DNA of 63,163 nucleotides, filler included, from Neolecta irregularis DAH-3 (taxonomy: Eukaryota): the NCBI GenBank assembly GCA_001929475.1. It is 8 parts of 8 records of this genome, joined end to end, with 100 filler letters (N's around TTAATTAATTAA, not from the genome) between each part and the next. Parts side by side here need not be neighbours in the genome. Positions count along the whole stretch, not along the records: positions 24,106 to 31,890 come from LXFE01000218.1; positions 31,991 to 36,495 come from LXFE01002668.1; positions 36,596 to 47,874 come from LXFE01000220.1; 5 more parts are not named here. One strand, given 5' to 3'. The notes under the pieces are model-generated. The model was not told where the DNA came from, searched no databases, and saw nothing but the letters and a program-made list of their open reading frames with translations. Numbering within the stretch: the stretch's first letter is position 1; each line of letters starts with the position of its first letter. Position numbers and translations under genes: made by a program. Positions 24,106-36,821 of the stretch are shown in pieces.

Positions 24106-27100
24106 TAGCTGCCTGTTTGAATGGAAGCTAAATCATGAATAGAATGTTTTGTGGACAAGTATATGTGTCGGTACAATTTTTTTGGTGGTGTCGCGTAAAG
24201 GGGGGTGACGCTTAAATCGGTGTTGAGCTTAGTGCAGAATAAGGATAGGCCATCCTTATGAAACACAAGTCCAAACCAAAAACAAGTAACACATATCACG
24301 AAACTCAAAAACAGACCAAACCATGGTAAGAAAACCACAACCAAGGGATAGACAGACATGATTGTCAAGCAGAAGAATGGCAGAACCTCAGACAGGTGAC
24401 GACCTACTAGCACTAATTGAGCAAATATGGGCTGCAAGAATTATGGAAGAACAAACAGAACAGGATCCACAAACAGAACAGCAAACAGTAACAGAACAAC
24501 AGCAAGCAGCAACAGAACAGGAACAAACGGAAACAGGAGAATGGAGTTACAAACAGAATGATGATGAACCAACACCAAGCCCAGGGTCAGACAACTGGAT
24601 GACTATGAGCCTAGCAAGACAACAAGCAGCACACCAGTATTGATTACCCCTACCTCAACCAGCATCAACACCACCTTTGTTAGATACACCACCACAACCA
24701 CCAACCCAAGTAAAATACCAAGTAATTCAACAACTGAGAACAATAGTCCCAAGACTTTCAGAACTGAAACACTTTACTTGGCATGGAGATACCAATGAAC
24801 TCAAGACCTGGCTGAGTGACTTAGATGACTATTTCATATTAGAGGGGTATGATATCAATAGTGGGTGGGGTAAACCTATTGCTTGCAGGTTACCTACTAG
24901 ATGGCAATGCCAAGAATTGGTGGAAAAAAAGGAAGAATTCAATTACATCATGGAATCAATTTCAACAAGAATTAATGAAAGAGTTTGTACTATCAACAGT
25001 GAAAGATACACTCTTGGATGAATGGAGATGACTCCACCAAGGGAATCAAGAATTGTCAGCATACATCTCAGAATTATGCAAATATCATCAACTCCTGCCT
25101 GAAATAAATGATTTTGCAGCAGAAACCAGGTTGTGGGAAGGGATGAACATGATAGTCAGAAGAAGAGCCAAGCCAATAGTACCAGACAATGCAACATTTT
25201 CCAAAACTGCAAGAATAGCAGAGAAGTTTGACTCAGTATACAGACTTGAAAGAAGTCAATCAATTAATAGACAATTAGATACAGGAAGAGTTACATACAG
25301 ATAACCTATAGCTATACAAGTATTTAATCATTATCAACCATGACAAAACAATCAAACATAGTATTTCAAACCAGAGTAAGATTAAGTCCAGAAGAAAGAC
25401 AATGACTGCTTGACAATAACGTATGCCTCCTTTGCAGGAAGCCCAATGCAGGGCATAGGGCAGTCAATTGTCCAGACTGGAGAACACCACAGAATCAAGT
25501 ACAACAACCTTGTAGGAATGAACCAGATAATGGGAATAATCGATGGTTGCAACCAAACATGAACCTTACAAGGATACAGGTAAATCAGAACAGACAAAGA
25601 GCAGAACTTTCTTATGCAGATGTTGCATGACAAGCAGGGAAAGCTAAAACCAAGAATGGACCAGAAACAGTGACAGTCAACCTGTCACTTGGGGGACAAG
25701 AGGCATGATGACTTATTAATACAGGTAGCACTGTCAACTTGCTAGCCTCATCCTTTGCACATTTGAACAGCTTACATGCAAAATGGTCCAAATATCCTAC
25801 AATGCTTAACTTCATAGTCAAGGGCAGCAAAGCAAAGACAACAGCTGAGATTGAGCTGGATATTGCTCACAAGAGGCTACCAGGATGGGTATCCAAGTAG
25901 AAGTTCCTGATTGCCAACACAAACAATTATGATGCATTACTTGGTACACCATTTCTAGCCAATGAAAAAGTCATTGTCTCTATAAACCCCCGCAGTTGTC
26001 AGATTGCAGGGGAAGAGCTAGTCAACAAGTTAGTCCATATTAACAAGAAGGATGGAAGCATACCATCAGAAGTCTATACCATTGAACCAGAACCAATAAT
26101 GGATGAACAGTTTGTCAATGAAACTAAAGCTTTCTTTGAGAAGTATCAGCAGAATTTCAGAACACAGCTCAAACCTTCTCCAAAATTCCCAGGATCACAT
26201 GAAATCGTTGTTTGGATGCTAGTGAGAAGATCAACTCTCCAGTAGTGAAGACACCAATTGCACATCTACCATTCCTACAACAGTATTTTGAGAGAGAAGT
26301 AAAGGATGGACATATGCAAGTATCATCTTCACCTATAGCAGCATCAGCATTTTTCACAGCAAAGCCTAATACTGAGAGACTTGAACTTCAAAATCTGGAA
26401 TTCCAAAGATTAGATCCTGAGCAGAAGCTAGACAAGTTCCTAGAATATTACCACTATGTTCATGATTATAGAAAGTTAAATCAGAACACTTTACCAGACA
26501 GGACATCAATTCCATGCCAGGACACACTGCTAGAACGAGTATGAAGTGGAAATATTTTTGGGAAACTAGACATTAAAAATGCCTATCCACATGCACCAGT
26601 CAAGGAGGAAGATATACCCCTAACAGCAGTGAAGACCCAGTACAGCACATTTGAATGCATTGGTTTGCCATTTGGACAGGCAAATGCACCAGCAACTTGG
26701 ATGAAAGGGATGAGGAAGATGTTGGAAGATCTGGATGGGGTAGAATGTTACCTAGATGACATTATTGTTTATTCACCAAATATAAAAGTTCATACCCAAT
26801 GCCTGGACCAAGTAATGGGACGCCTGGAACACCATTGTCCTAACAGACAATCAAGCCGTTAAGTATTGGTATTCTCAGAAGAACCAGAACCTATCAAAAT
26901 GATTAACATGATGGTTTGAAGTATTTGCTGATTATGATTTTAAAATTCGCCATATTCCAGGAAAGGAGAATCTTGAGGCAGATGCTCTATCTAGAGATCT
27001 GAGATTCCAATCTGAAAAGGTAAATATGATGATGGTACTAGGAGGAACATTAGAAGAAGACATTAGGAATTGATATACCAAGGACCCATTAATGCAAGCA

Positions 27101-28000
27101 ATACTGAAAGCACCATATGATTATACAAACTTCAAAGAAGATAATGGTATTTTATTCACTATTGCAGAACCAGCAAGACTATGTATACCTAATGTTAGAT
27201 CAGTTATTGAATGGGTTATACAAGAACATCATGAAGATATTGGGCACCCAGGCCCACACAGACTATACACCCTGCTAAGGAAGCAATTCTTTTGGCCATG
27301 GATGTTTATCAATATATCAAAGTTCTCAAAAACCTGTGAAGAATGTCAGCAGAATAAGGCAACCACACAAACACCTCAAGGATATTTAAGATCCCTGGAT
27401 ATACCAGAAATCCCTTGGCAGCACATTGCTATTGACTTCATTGGCCCTTGGCCAAAATCGGATGACTATAATTCTATCATGACAGTTTTTGATAGATGTA
27501 GCAACTTGGTACATCTTGTCCCAGGGAAAACAACAGATGGAGCTAAAGAGATAGCAGAAGCTTTTATCATAGATATCTATAAGCTGTATGGCCTACCTCA
27601 AAGTATTGTGACTGATAGGGACAGAAGATTTACAGGCCCATTCTGGATGTAGCTCTGTAATCAGTTGGGAATTCGCCAGTGAATGTCAATAGCATATCAT
27701 CCACAAACAAATGGTATTACTGAAAATGCAAATAAACAAGAAGGAACGATTTTAAGATCTAGGATTAGTCAAACAAATGATTGGAAATGGGTCCTACCAA
27801 TGGTGGAGTTCACAATAAAAGCGGCTCCAAAGAAAAACCATGGGTATACCCAATTCTTCCTAACATATGACCTAGATCAAAAGATAATCCACCTAGGAAG
27901 ATTAGAAGTGACAGCAACAATAATATCACATGCCAATGACTTCATAGTCAGCCTAGCATCACAACAGCAAAGCACGAGTGGCATTACTGAAGAGGAAATA
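24106..28000 (+). mobile_element. Degenerate Ty3/Gypsy LTR retrotransposon (gag-PR-RT-RH-IN)
   Basis: Gag zinc knuckle CLLCRKPNAGH...C, protease (N)TGSTVNL, RT LPFGQANAPATW and YLDDIIVYS, RNase H tail IPGKENLEADALSR, integrase GHPG..CEEC, WQHIAIDF, AYHPQTNG. Many stops and an internal RT/RH deletion. Confidence 0.93.
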
Positions 28001-29049
28001 GTGACAGGAATTGACAGCAGAATAAAGAGAAACAGAAAAGGTAAGGTATTAGATAGGAATAAGGAGAAACCTGTGGTAAATAAGTGGGGAATCATGAGAA
28101 GAAATACCTGCAAGCATAGAGATGAAGAGAAGAATACAGTGCAGCAAGAGGAGGACAGAGAACCACAATTTATATGAGCAGCAACAGATCCTGGTGGAGT
28201 ATGATAGTAGAAATGAGCACAAGATTGAGAACAAAGACCAGTAGAGCCACACATTCAATAGCAGCAGCTGATTCAACAACAGGAGACACAGGACGACCAA
28301 TCAACACAGCAGCAGCAGCAAACACAATGACAGGAAAAAGCTCAGCAAGAGCAAGGCAAGTGACAATCAGCAACAGAAGGCAGAGAAATGAGGACAATTA
28401 TAGCATCAGTAACAGCAAGTACCAGGAACCTCACCTGTAATCCAAGATACAGTGAGCAACAAGTAATTGCACCATAGCAAAGGCAAGCAAGCAACAGTGG
28501 AAAAAGGAGGGAAGGGTAAGTGTAGAAAGTGAAATGGAAGACAGTTTGGAGTGTGATGAGCAGGAAGCCAGTGGACAACATAGAGAATAGTGAGGGACAG
28601 AGGAAGGAAGGACAGAAGGATTGGGATGATGGAAGGGTGGAGAAGGTAAAGGATCAGGAGGAGGAGTGCACTATGGTAGGAGTTGTGTGGGGACTTGGAG
28701 CGTCCCCATACGAACGCGAATCGCCATACTAACTCAAATTGCCATACCAATTCGAATTCTCAAACCACCATAGTCACCACCTGGGTATTGGGGGAAACTG
28801 CCTGAGCGATTGGAGGAAGCCGCCAGCATCATCACAGTGGCCACCCGGGCAGTCATCACCGAGGACGTCACAGTGAGGCAAGAGGAAAATGATGGCTATA
28901 TGCAGATATACAGATTTGTGTATCAGTAGCACCTATCCTGACTAGCAGGGAGGCTTTACCAAGATACTATCAAGTAGCCACCAGAGAGTACCCAGTCGAG
29001 TTTCATACAGCACCAAGTCCAAGTCCTTGTGCTGACACAATTCTATTTC

Positions 29050-31135
29050 TTTTGTACTTTTTTTTTGTAACATAGGTGAAAAAACAATTACAAAAATATC
29101 AACAATCTGAATGATTCGCAGGTCCAAATCAAAGAGTTCTCCAGGTGATGATCTGGAAAACATTACTGTACTGGTAGCCTCGGCCAGGCTACATGAATAT
29201 CAAAGAAATGATATTCCACTGGAATGGCAAGTCAAAATGGAAACAGAGTATCATAGCAATATTGAGCATGTTGCTGATATTTCACCAACAGAATCCCAAA
29301 ACCAAGAATGGTTGCAGCAAAATTGTCAACTGCCAATACAGGAACACACTATGGTATCAGATCAACATCCGTATAATAATCAAATCTGAAACCTAGAATG
29401 AGGGTTTAATTCAGGAACTCACAGACAGATGGTACCACAGACACTACAGATATCCGCCTCCTGTGCACTCCTACTTCAGAACCTACATGCTCTAGCTGGC
29501 AAGGCAATCCACACAAACTTTATCAATGGCTTAGCGATGTGAGTGAATACTTTATACTCACTGGCATAGATAGGAGTGAAGGACACAACTTGCTGGTTGC
29601 AGCATATCTTCTGGAGGGTGACTTAAAGGATTGGTGGGATGCATGGAAATATGAAATCGAACCTTGGGATGATTTCAAATCGGAAATAGTAGCTGAGTTT
29701 GTGTCATCATCCAAAAAAAATATTTTGTTACATGAATGGCATATATTAATACAAGGAACTTGAGAATTATCAGCATTCATCATGGACATCCGATGATACA
29801 TGTGATTAATACCTGAGTTAAATGAATTTGCAGCAAAAACGAAATTATGTGATGGAATGTTACCTATGGTCAGAAGTTGAGTACAACCTCATGTAAAAGA
29901 GGAGGCAACTTTTATTGAAATCGCGCAATATGCAGAAAGATTTGATTCTGCAAAGTGTCTAGAATGACAGTAATTATTAGGCAAACGGACAGAGAAAGAA
30001 TATTTTCATCAGAAATCAGCAAAGTCAAGTCAATTGAAAGCACCAGTCTGAGAAGCTAGAAATTATCAGTCTAGCATTAAAAAGGAATCAGTATACCCAA
30101 AATTATCAGAAAATGAATGATAGAAAATTCTCTATAATAACTGTTGTTTGTTTTGTAGAAAATTAAATGCAGGACACTGGGCAGAGTGATGTCCAAAGAA
30201 AAAGTATATCCAGGGAAAGGAAAAAGGAGCACAGGTATCCAGTATCTCAGCTCATCCAGGTATAGTAAAGCAGAATGTAACTAGTGTAAAAAGTCAGTCT
30301 ACAGCAACATTTGTCAAACCTGGACTTTCCTATGCTGAAGTTGTCAAGTGAAACCAGAAGTCAAAGGTTGAAACAGTTACAGTAACAATGATCATTTCCG
30401 GGAAACCAATATCATGTCTGATAGATACTGGTAGTACAGTGAATCTATTATCATCAGCTTTTACACATATCTTGAATCTTACTCCTAAACAAGTAAAGGA
30501 ACCAACTATTTTAAACTTTATCATCAAAGGAAGTAAGGCACAAACAACAGCAGAAATCGAGTTGGAAGTCAAGAATAAGTTACTTCCACATTGGAAATCG
30601 GTTCAAAAATTCCTAATTGTTAACATGAATCATTACAATGTGATACTTAGTATTCCATTTCTCCATAAAAAGGAGCAATTCTGAGAATAAATCCATGAAG
30701 CTGCTATATTCAGGGAGCAGAACTCACAGATTTAAAGGACAGAAACAATTTACGAATACAAGTTAACAAAGTTGATAATATACCATCAATGTCAGTATTG
30801 CCAACAAAGGAAGATCTTGACCTAGCAACCAAAATTTTCTTCCAGAAACATAAAGAAAGATTCAAACCAAAAGTGAAACCATTGTTAACTTTTCCGATCA
30901 GTCATGAAATATTATTGTTCAATCTGAATGAAAAGATCAACTCAAAGCTTGTCAAGACTCCTATAGCATACCTTCCTTACTTGAAGCAGTATTTCGAATG
31001 AGAAGTAAGGGAGGGTAGGATGAGGGTATCATCATCTCCAATCACAGCATCAGCATTTTTGGTACCTAAACCGAATACTGAAAGATTGAATCTCCATAGT
31101 GCTGAGTTCCTAAAGTTAATGTCAGAAGAAATGTA
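29050..31135 (+). mobile_element. Second, related degenerate Ty3/Gypsy element (gag-PR-start of RT), truncated
   Basis: CLFCRKLNAGH knuckle, LIDTGSTVNLL, and KTPIAYLPYLKQYFE collinear with the element at 24106. Confidence 0.88.
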
Positions 31136-32188
31136 AGCTCTGTGCCAAACCACAGAGGCTTCACTGATTGCCTAGATAGGAAAAGATAAAACCCTTTATT
31201 ATCAGTCTAGGACTGAAAATAAAGGTGTGACTTATTACAAGAGCTGGACAATAGTGTGGTTGATTGGGAAGTGGGATGGTTGTATATAAAGATGGAAGTT
31301 CCAGAGGAATTGTCTGTTTTGTATAGAGATGAGGTTTGGGAGTATGAGAGATATAGAGGTTTTGTAATGAAGTGGTAGAGAATGGAGAGAGGAGCTGGTA
31401 CCAATTCACACAGGTCGAATTGATGGATTATTCATGGAGATATCAAGGAAACGAGGTTATAAAGGTAATTGCAATGAAGAGTAGGGGAAACTTTGGAAAT
31501 ATTTCAGATAAAGGTGATTGTCAGGTGCAGATTAATGAGGCGGATCCAATGAGAGTGGTCCCAGGTCAAACCATTGAATATTAGAGGCAGTGCAGGGGAA
31601 AATGCAAATCTAACATGACTGTGCTGCCCCTATCATCAAGTTCAATAGGGAATGGACTATCCCCCATCAAGGACCTACCCCCTCAGAGACCTACCACTTC
31701 AACTACCTACCCCCTCAGCTACCTACCCCCTCTCATTCCTACCCCCTCACTTTCCTACCCCCTCACCAGTGATGTATAGAATCGACTCAACCAGAATCCA
31801 AGGGTTGGATCATGAATCTGAAATGAATCCACATCTGGATTCGGATTGATTCAATTGATTCAATTGGATCAAAATAATATATAAATAGTGNNNNNNNNNN
31901 NNNNNNNNNNNNNNNNNNNNNNNNNNNNNNNNNNTTAATTAATTAANNNNNNNNNNNNNNNNNNNNNNNNNNNNNNNNNNNNNNNNNNNNATTCTGCAAG
32001 TGGAGGTAATTCTCTATAATTGAACCCGTAGGTTGTTATCAACGAACTGTATCATATAGTGTTGTAGAGTAAATGTCATCATGTCTAGACTATGATGAAG
32101 TATATGCAATGTTCTCTTATGGCGACAGCTTCTATACATGCTCCTTGTGGGAATAAAGAATATGATTACAAAATAATGACTCTATAAT

Positions 32189-33380
32189 TCATGTACCAGC
32201 TCTTCCATCACTAAAGCTCCTCAGTTGCTTAACATAAGCAGACTCGGGTGATAATCCAGGATATCCAGCCAACCCTCTGGCAAATTGCATCTCCTCATTC
32301 TCCGGCACCGAATTATTTTCTTTGTCACCCTTTCCAAACATCGAGCCCATCTTCTTCCCCCAAGTTTTGGTCTTGGTAGATGAGCTACTGTCAGAAGAGT
32401 TACGATTTTGAGCTTGAGAAGCGGAGAAATGACGGCGCGGAGAGGAGTTGGTAGGTTTCTGAGGCGATGCAGGGCGGTTCTGCGATAATCAGCTATTTTC
32501 TCGATAAATGTATGCATACTTTTGACTTTGAGTTTGAGTCAAGGATATAGCCTGTCGTCTCCAACACTCGCCTTTCGAGCGATGAAGTTCTGTCTTCGAG
32601 TGTTGATAGTTGGTCGTTCCGAATTCTTATTGTTGTTTCCAGACGGGAAAGATCTGTTGATAGTTCGAGCTTTTGTTGCAGAAGCTCGTCTAGTTCTGTG
32701 CGTTCTTGAGATAACTGCTCAGAATAGGAGATTTGAGAATGATGTTGGGCTTTGAGTTGAGTTGATATAGCTGTGATCGAATGCGTTGATAAGGTGATAG
32801 CCTGTTGGATATGGGACAATGTCTCTGTGTAGTCTTTAACTGGAACTGAAGTACCACCAGAATATGCCGTTCGTGAAGTGAGTAATTCGTCCAATTTTGA
32901 TGATAATTGGTGCATACTATCCGACTTGACAGATGTACTTCCAGGACTGGACAACGAAGGAAGTAGCTCCTTCACCTCTTGGATAACAATGTGATCTCTA
33001 TCCATCGCACTTGCGACATTCTGTTTCAAAAGGACCAAATCTGCGGCATTATCTTTACTCCTCCGAATGAGTGTTTCGAGATTCTGAAGGATTGTATTGG
33101 TTGTCGTGATAATGTGTTGCAACGCCATTTTCTCGTCGTCATCGTCGTCTGTAGGGTGATGTGATATCTTGAGGGGGGATTGAAACTTCTTGGTAGGTGA
33201 TACTGGGGGCGAGTCTAGACGATTTGACAAGTTTGAATAGCTAGTTGTATGGCGTACAGGAGATTTAGGCATCTCAGGAGGCATTGGCAAGGGAGGAGGA
33301 GCGCGATTGGGAGAACCGTTATCCCAGAGTGGTGCTTTATTAAGAGAGCTGACTGAGGGCGAGCTACGGAGCCTACTCAT
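32189..33380 (-). CDS. Coiled-coil protein with N-terminal LWDNGSPNRAPPPLP motif
   Basis: Long ORF plus an intron near 32519 leading to ...WGKKMGSMFGKGDKEN...; heptad-rich middle. Confidence 0.7.
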
Positions 33381-33515
33381 AAGAAGACTTGCGCAGGAGG
33401 TAGCAAATCTAAGACCAGCGGTTGCTAGTTGTTGTGTTGTGGTGTTTTGTTTGTACAAACACACCTCTCGCAATTCCAGTCACATGTGGGAGACGGATTC
33501 CCTTCATTGTCTTGG

Positions 33516-35865
33516 ATGGGTATTCCCGGTCTTTGGGATGTCCACGAACCCTCTCGTAAACGTGTTGGTAGAGAATCCTCATCAAGAAAATTTACTGATG
33601 CATCAGCATTTACAAAGTTAGCCGAAGACCACCGAGCCCAATACGGCCGACCGTTGCGGGTAGCCATCGATGCCTCGATATGGTCTTTCCAGATCAAAGC
33701 TAGTAAAGGCGGACAGTATTCTTTTCCGAAAATTGACAATAACCCTTAGGAATCCAGCGTTACGAACCTTGTATTACCGTTTATCGAGACTATTACTTCT
33801 CGGCATACACCCACTCTTTGTCTTTGACGGTCCCTTGCGCCCTGAGATCAAACGAAACCACAAAGTGTCGCATAATCCTCCCTTTCAGATCGCTCAGATG
33901 AAAAAACTGATCAATCTTTTTGGATTCGCTCTATGGAATGCGCCCGGCGAAGCAGAAGCAGAGTGTGCCATGTTACAGTCTAATGGTGTTGTGGACTTGG
34001 TGATGACTGAAGATGTTGATTGTATCATGTTTGGAGGGACAAAAGTCATCAGAAATTGGAGTTCTGAAGCAAGTACGAAAAGTCCTACGCATGTTGATTT
34101 ATACGAAAACATGAATGATATTGACAGAATGGGCATGGTTTTGGTAGCATTGATGCATGGGGGTGGTATGATTCCTAGTAAATGAAGGCTCATCATGCAG
34201 ATTATCTCCCTGCGGGAATCGCAAACTGCGGTATCAAAACGGCAGTTGAAGCAGCAAGGGCTGGTTTTGGACGGCGCCTCAAGGATCCTGACTTTCGACA
34301 TTTCCTTGGCGAGTCACTTCGAACGAATAAAGATGGACATTTCTCAACAAAACATCCGGGAATCAAGATACCAGATGCGTTTCCTGATTGTAAAGTTATG
34401 AATTACTACCTTGCCCCAGTCGTCACCTCGACGACAAACTATAAGCAAATTGACTGGAATGAAAAACCCAAACTCGAGGGTCTTGTCTGCTATTGTCAAG
34501 ATGTTCTTGGATGGGTGGGTACTGGGAAACTCATCCAATCACTCTCCCCGTCTTATTTAATCTGGAAACTCGGGACACAAACAATAAATGAAAATATTGG
34601 TCGTGGGAATAACCTTTATCCTTTATCTAAAAAGCATACTCAGGCCTTGATCGAAAATATATCTTGCACACGACGACATTTCTCAGCTGATTATATATTA
34701 GAGTTTCGGATCTCATTCATTCCAGATAAAGTCTTTCCCGTCAAGCTTGTAGCCTTGGAAGAATGCGAGTCTGAAATTGAAAGCGAAAACCAAGTCAATT
34801 TACCTAGGAAATTTGATCCTAGTCTACCGATGAAACTGTGGCTCCCGGAAAGTATAGTTAGAAACGGGGCGAGCAAGGTCGTTGAGCAATACGAAATGTC
34901 GAAGAAGAGAGCGGACAATAAAGGAGGGGACAATAAAGGAGGGGGCAATAAAGGAGGGGGCAATAAACGAACGGACAATAAACGAGCGGACAATAAACGA
35001 GCGGGAAAGAAACTCGAGATGAGCATAGATCAACGAGGGGCAATGGACAAATTCTTGATCAAAATAGGAGCAAATGAAANNNNNNNNNNACAGTAAACGA
35101 GCGGACAGTAAACGACCGGGCAAGAAATTCGAGATGAGCATAGATCAACGAGGGGCAATGGACAAATTCTTGATCAAAATAGGAGCAAATGAAATTGCGC
35201 TGCCGCCAAAAAGTCTAAAGAAAGCTTCCGAGAGCTCTCGACTAGTCTCAAAGGATGATATGGTCCCTATACCATTAAAGAGAGTTTCACAGTCAACTCG
35301 AATACCTATTTCACCGATCTTGCCGAATCCCAGCCTCATTCCTATATCGATCATGGAGAAGCAGGATCAAGTGGCGGAGAATAGAAATCCTTGGGTACTT
35401 TCTGTTCGTCCGCACGAAACTCTGGGGAAAGAGCCACCTAAAAACAAGACGTTTAGTGCGTTGGGAATTTTTGGAGAAAGAACAAAGAATACAAGTGGAC
35501 TGGTCATTCAGTCTGAAGAATCTATGGAGGTTAAAACTACGCCGCCAAAGAAAGTGGTAATCGACCTGTGCACTCCTGAAACCTCTTTAATTCATTCCTC
35601 GAATAGCGATGGCTCAAAGTCGCCTGGCGCAAAGCGGCCGAGAGAGATTATTGTTCAGCGACATAAAAGCCACTCACGGGACCGTGAGGAGACTCACTTT
35701 ACACCCCCACGAGACTGTGAGGAGACTCACTTTACACCCCCACGAGACATGGCAAATGTCACAGGTAGGAGTAACCAAAGAAACAAGAGGACTCAAGCCA
35801 AACTTGTGGACCAATTCAAAGTCTCCAAAACGAAATCTATGGCGGAATTAGAAAGAGGGAAATGA
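33516..35865 (+). CDS. YEN1: XPG/Rad2-family Holliday junction resolvase Yen1/GEN1
   Basis: MGIPGLW, RVAIDASIW, NPALRTLYYRL, FVFDG, APGEAEAECA, TEDVD, GGDY; spans small gap 35080-35089. Confidence 0.9.
34910..35193 (+). repeat. Coding 15-bp minisatellite (DNKGG/DNKRA) and ~100-bp duplication in the YEN1 tail
   Basis: GACAATAAAGGAGGG-type units; the MSIDQRGAMDKFLIKIGANE block appears on both sides of the N gap with several substitutions just upstream of it. Confidence 0.85.
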
Positions 35866-36595
35866 GTTTGAAGAATAGGATCTAAAGAGAATGGCTGTGC
35901 AAGGGGATGGCAAAGGCAACCAAGACTAATGATAACCAAGTCAGCAAACGAGGAGCACTAGAGTCACGCTCGTCTCCAGTCGCCAGTCTACCCTTTAACG
36001 ATGGAGAAGGTTGACAATGTTAATGGTGAATAGGACGGGAGGGTATTTATTAGATCGTTATCAGGAATGCAAGATTGTAATTAAGAATGGACGCACAATC
36101 TAACGAGAATAGAGGTACTACAATAGGATTGATAGAAGCTGTGGCGTAGCAGGACAGCTATGATGGCAGAGCAGACAAAGAGAAGCACCACAGAGAGATG
36201 CGCCGTCTAGCGCTCAGTGACGATTAAACCCGGGGAATGGTGCAGCTGACTCATTTTCTGATCGCTGGGGCAGACAGGGACCTGCAGAGGGGATGTTTGT
36301 GCAAACAGGGCTAGGCAGGGAATGGGGAGCGGGAATGCAGACTGCACACGGCTGCAAGGGGCTGGGCAGGCAGCGGCCACAAAACAGGGCAGCAGCCCGG
36401 CGCTGCGGCGGACAGAGCCATGCCGTCGTCGCAGCCCCGCGGACTGCTGCTGCTGCTGCTGCTCGTGCTCGCCGGGCTGCTGCTCGTGGCCGCCTNNNNN
36501 NNNNNNNNNNNNNNNNNNNNNNNNNNNNNNNNNNNNNNNTTAATTAATTAANNNNNNNNNNNNNNNNNNNNNNNNNNNNNNNNNNNNNNNNNNNN

Positions 36596-36760
36596 AGGAA
36601 CGTTGCATCATTTTAAGGAGTCATGTATAGTATATAAGGGAAGCGGATACAGACTATCTAGTCTCGTATCTTAAGCTAGGTATGTCCCCGTTGAAGATTC
36701 TCGTATCTTAAGCTAGAAATATATCCTAGTCTTATTCGTACTGAGGTCTCACTCTTACAT
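36596..36760. repeat. One arm of a foldback/inverted-repeat family
   Basis: Reverse-complement match to 39421-39585; contains the TCTCGTATCTTAAGCTAG sub-repeat twice. Confidence 0.85.
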
Positions 36761-36821
36761 TAGCAAGTCTGGCTACAAAGACATGAAATATATTTTTATA
36801 GCTAGATGTTTTTTCAGTATT

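Noticed and set aside
24170-24197. TACA-T-run-TGGTGGTGTCGCG as LTR end plus self-priming PBS
   Set aside because: The LTR is truncated by a gap and no second LTR was found, so it cannot be tested.
28490-31600. Purine-rich tracts (28490-28690, 31150-31600) as possible LINE remnants (minus-strand HWLPAH)
   Set aside because: Only one short motif; too degenerate to call.
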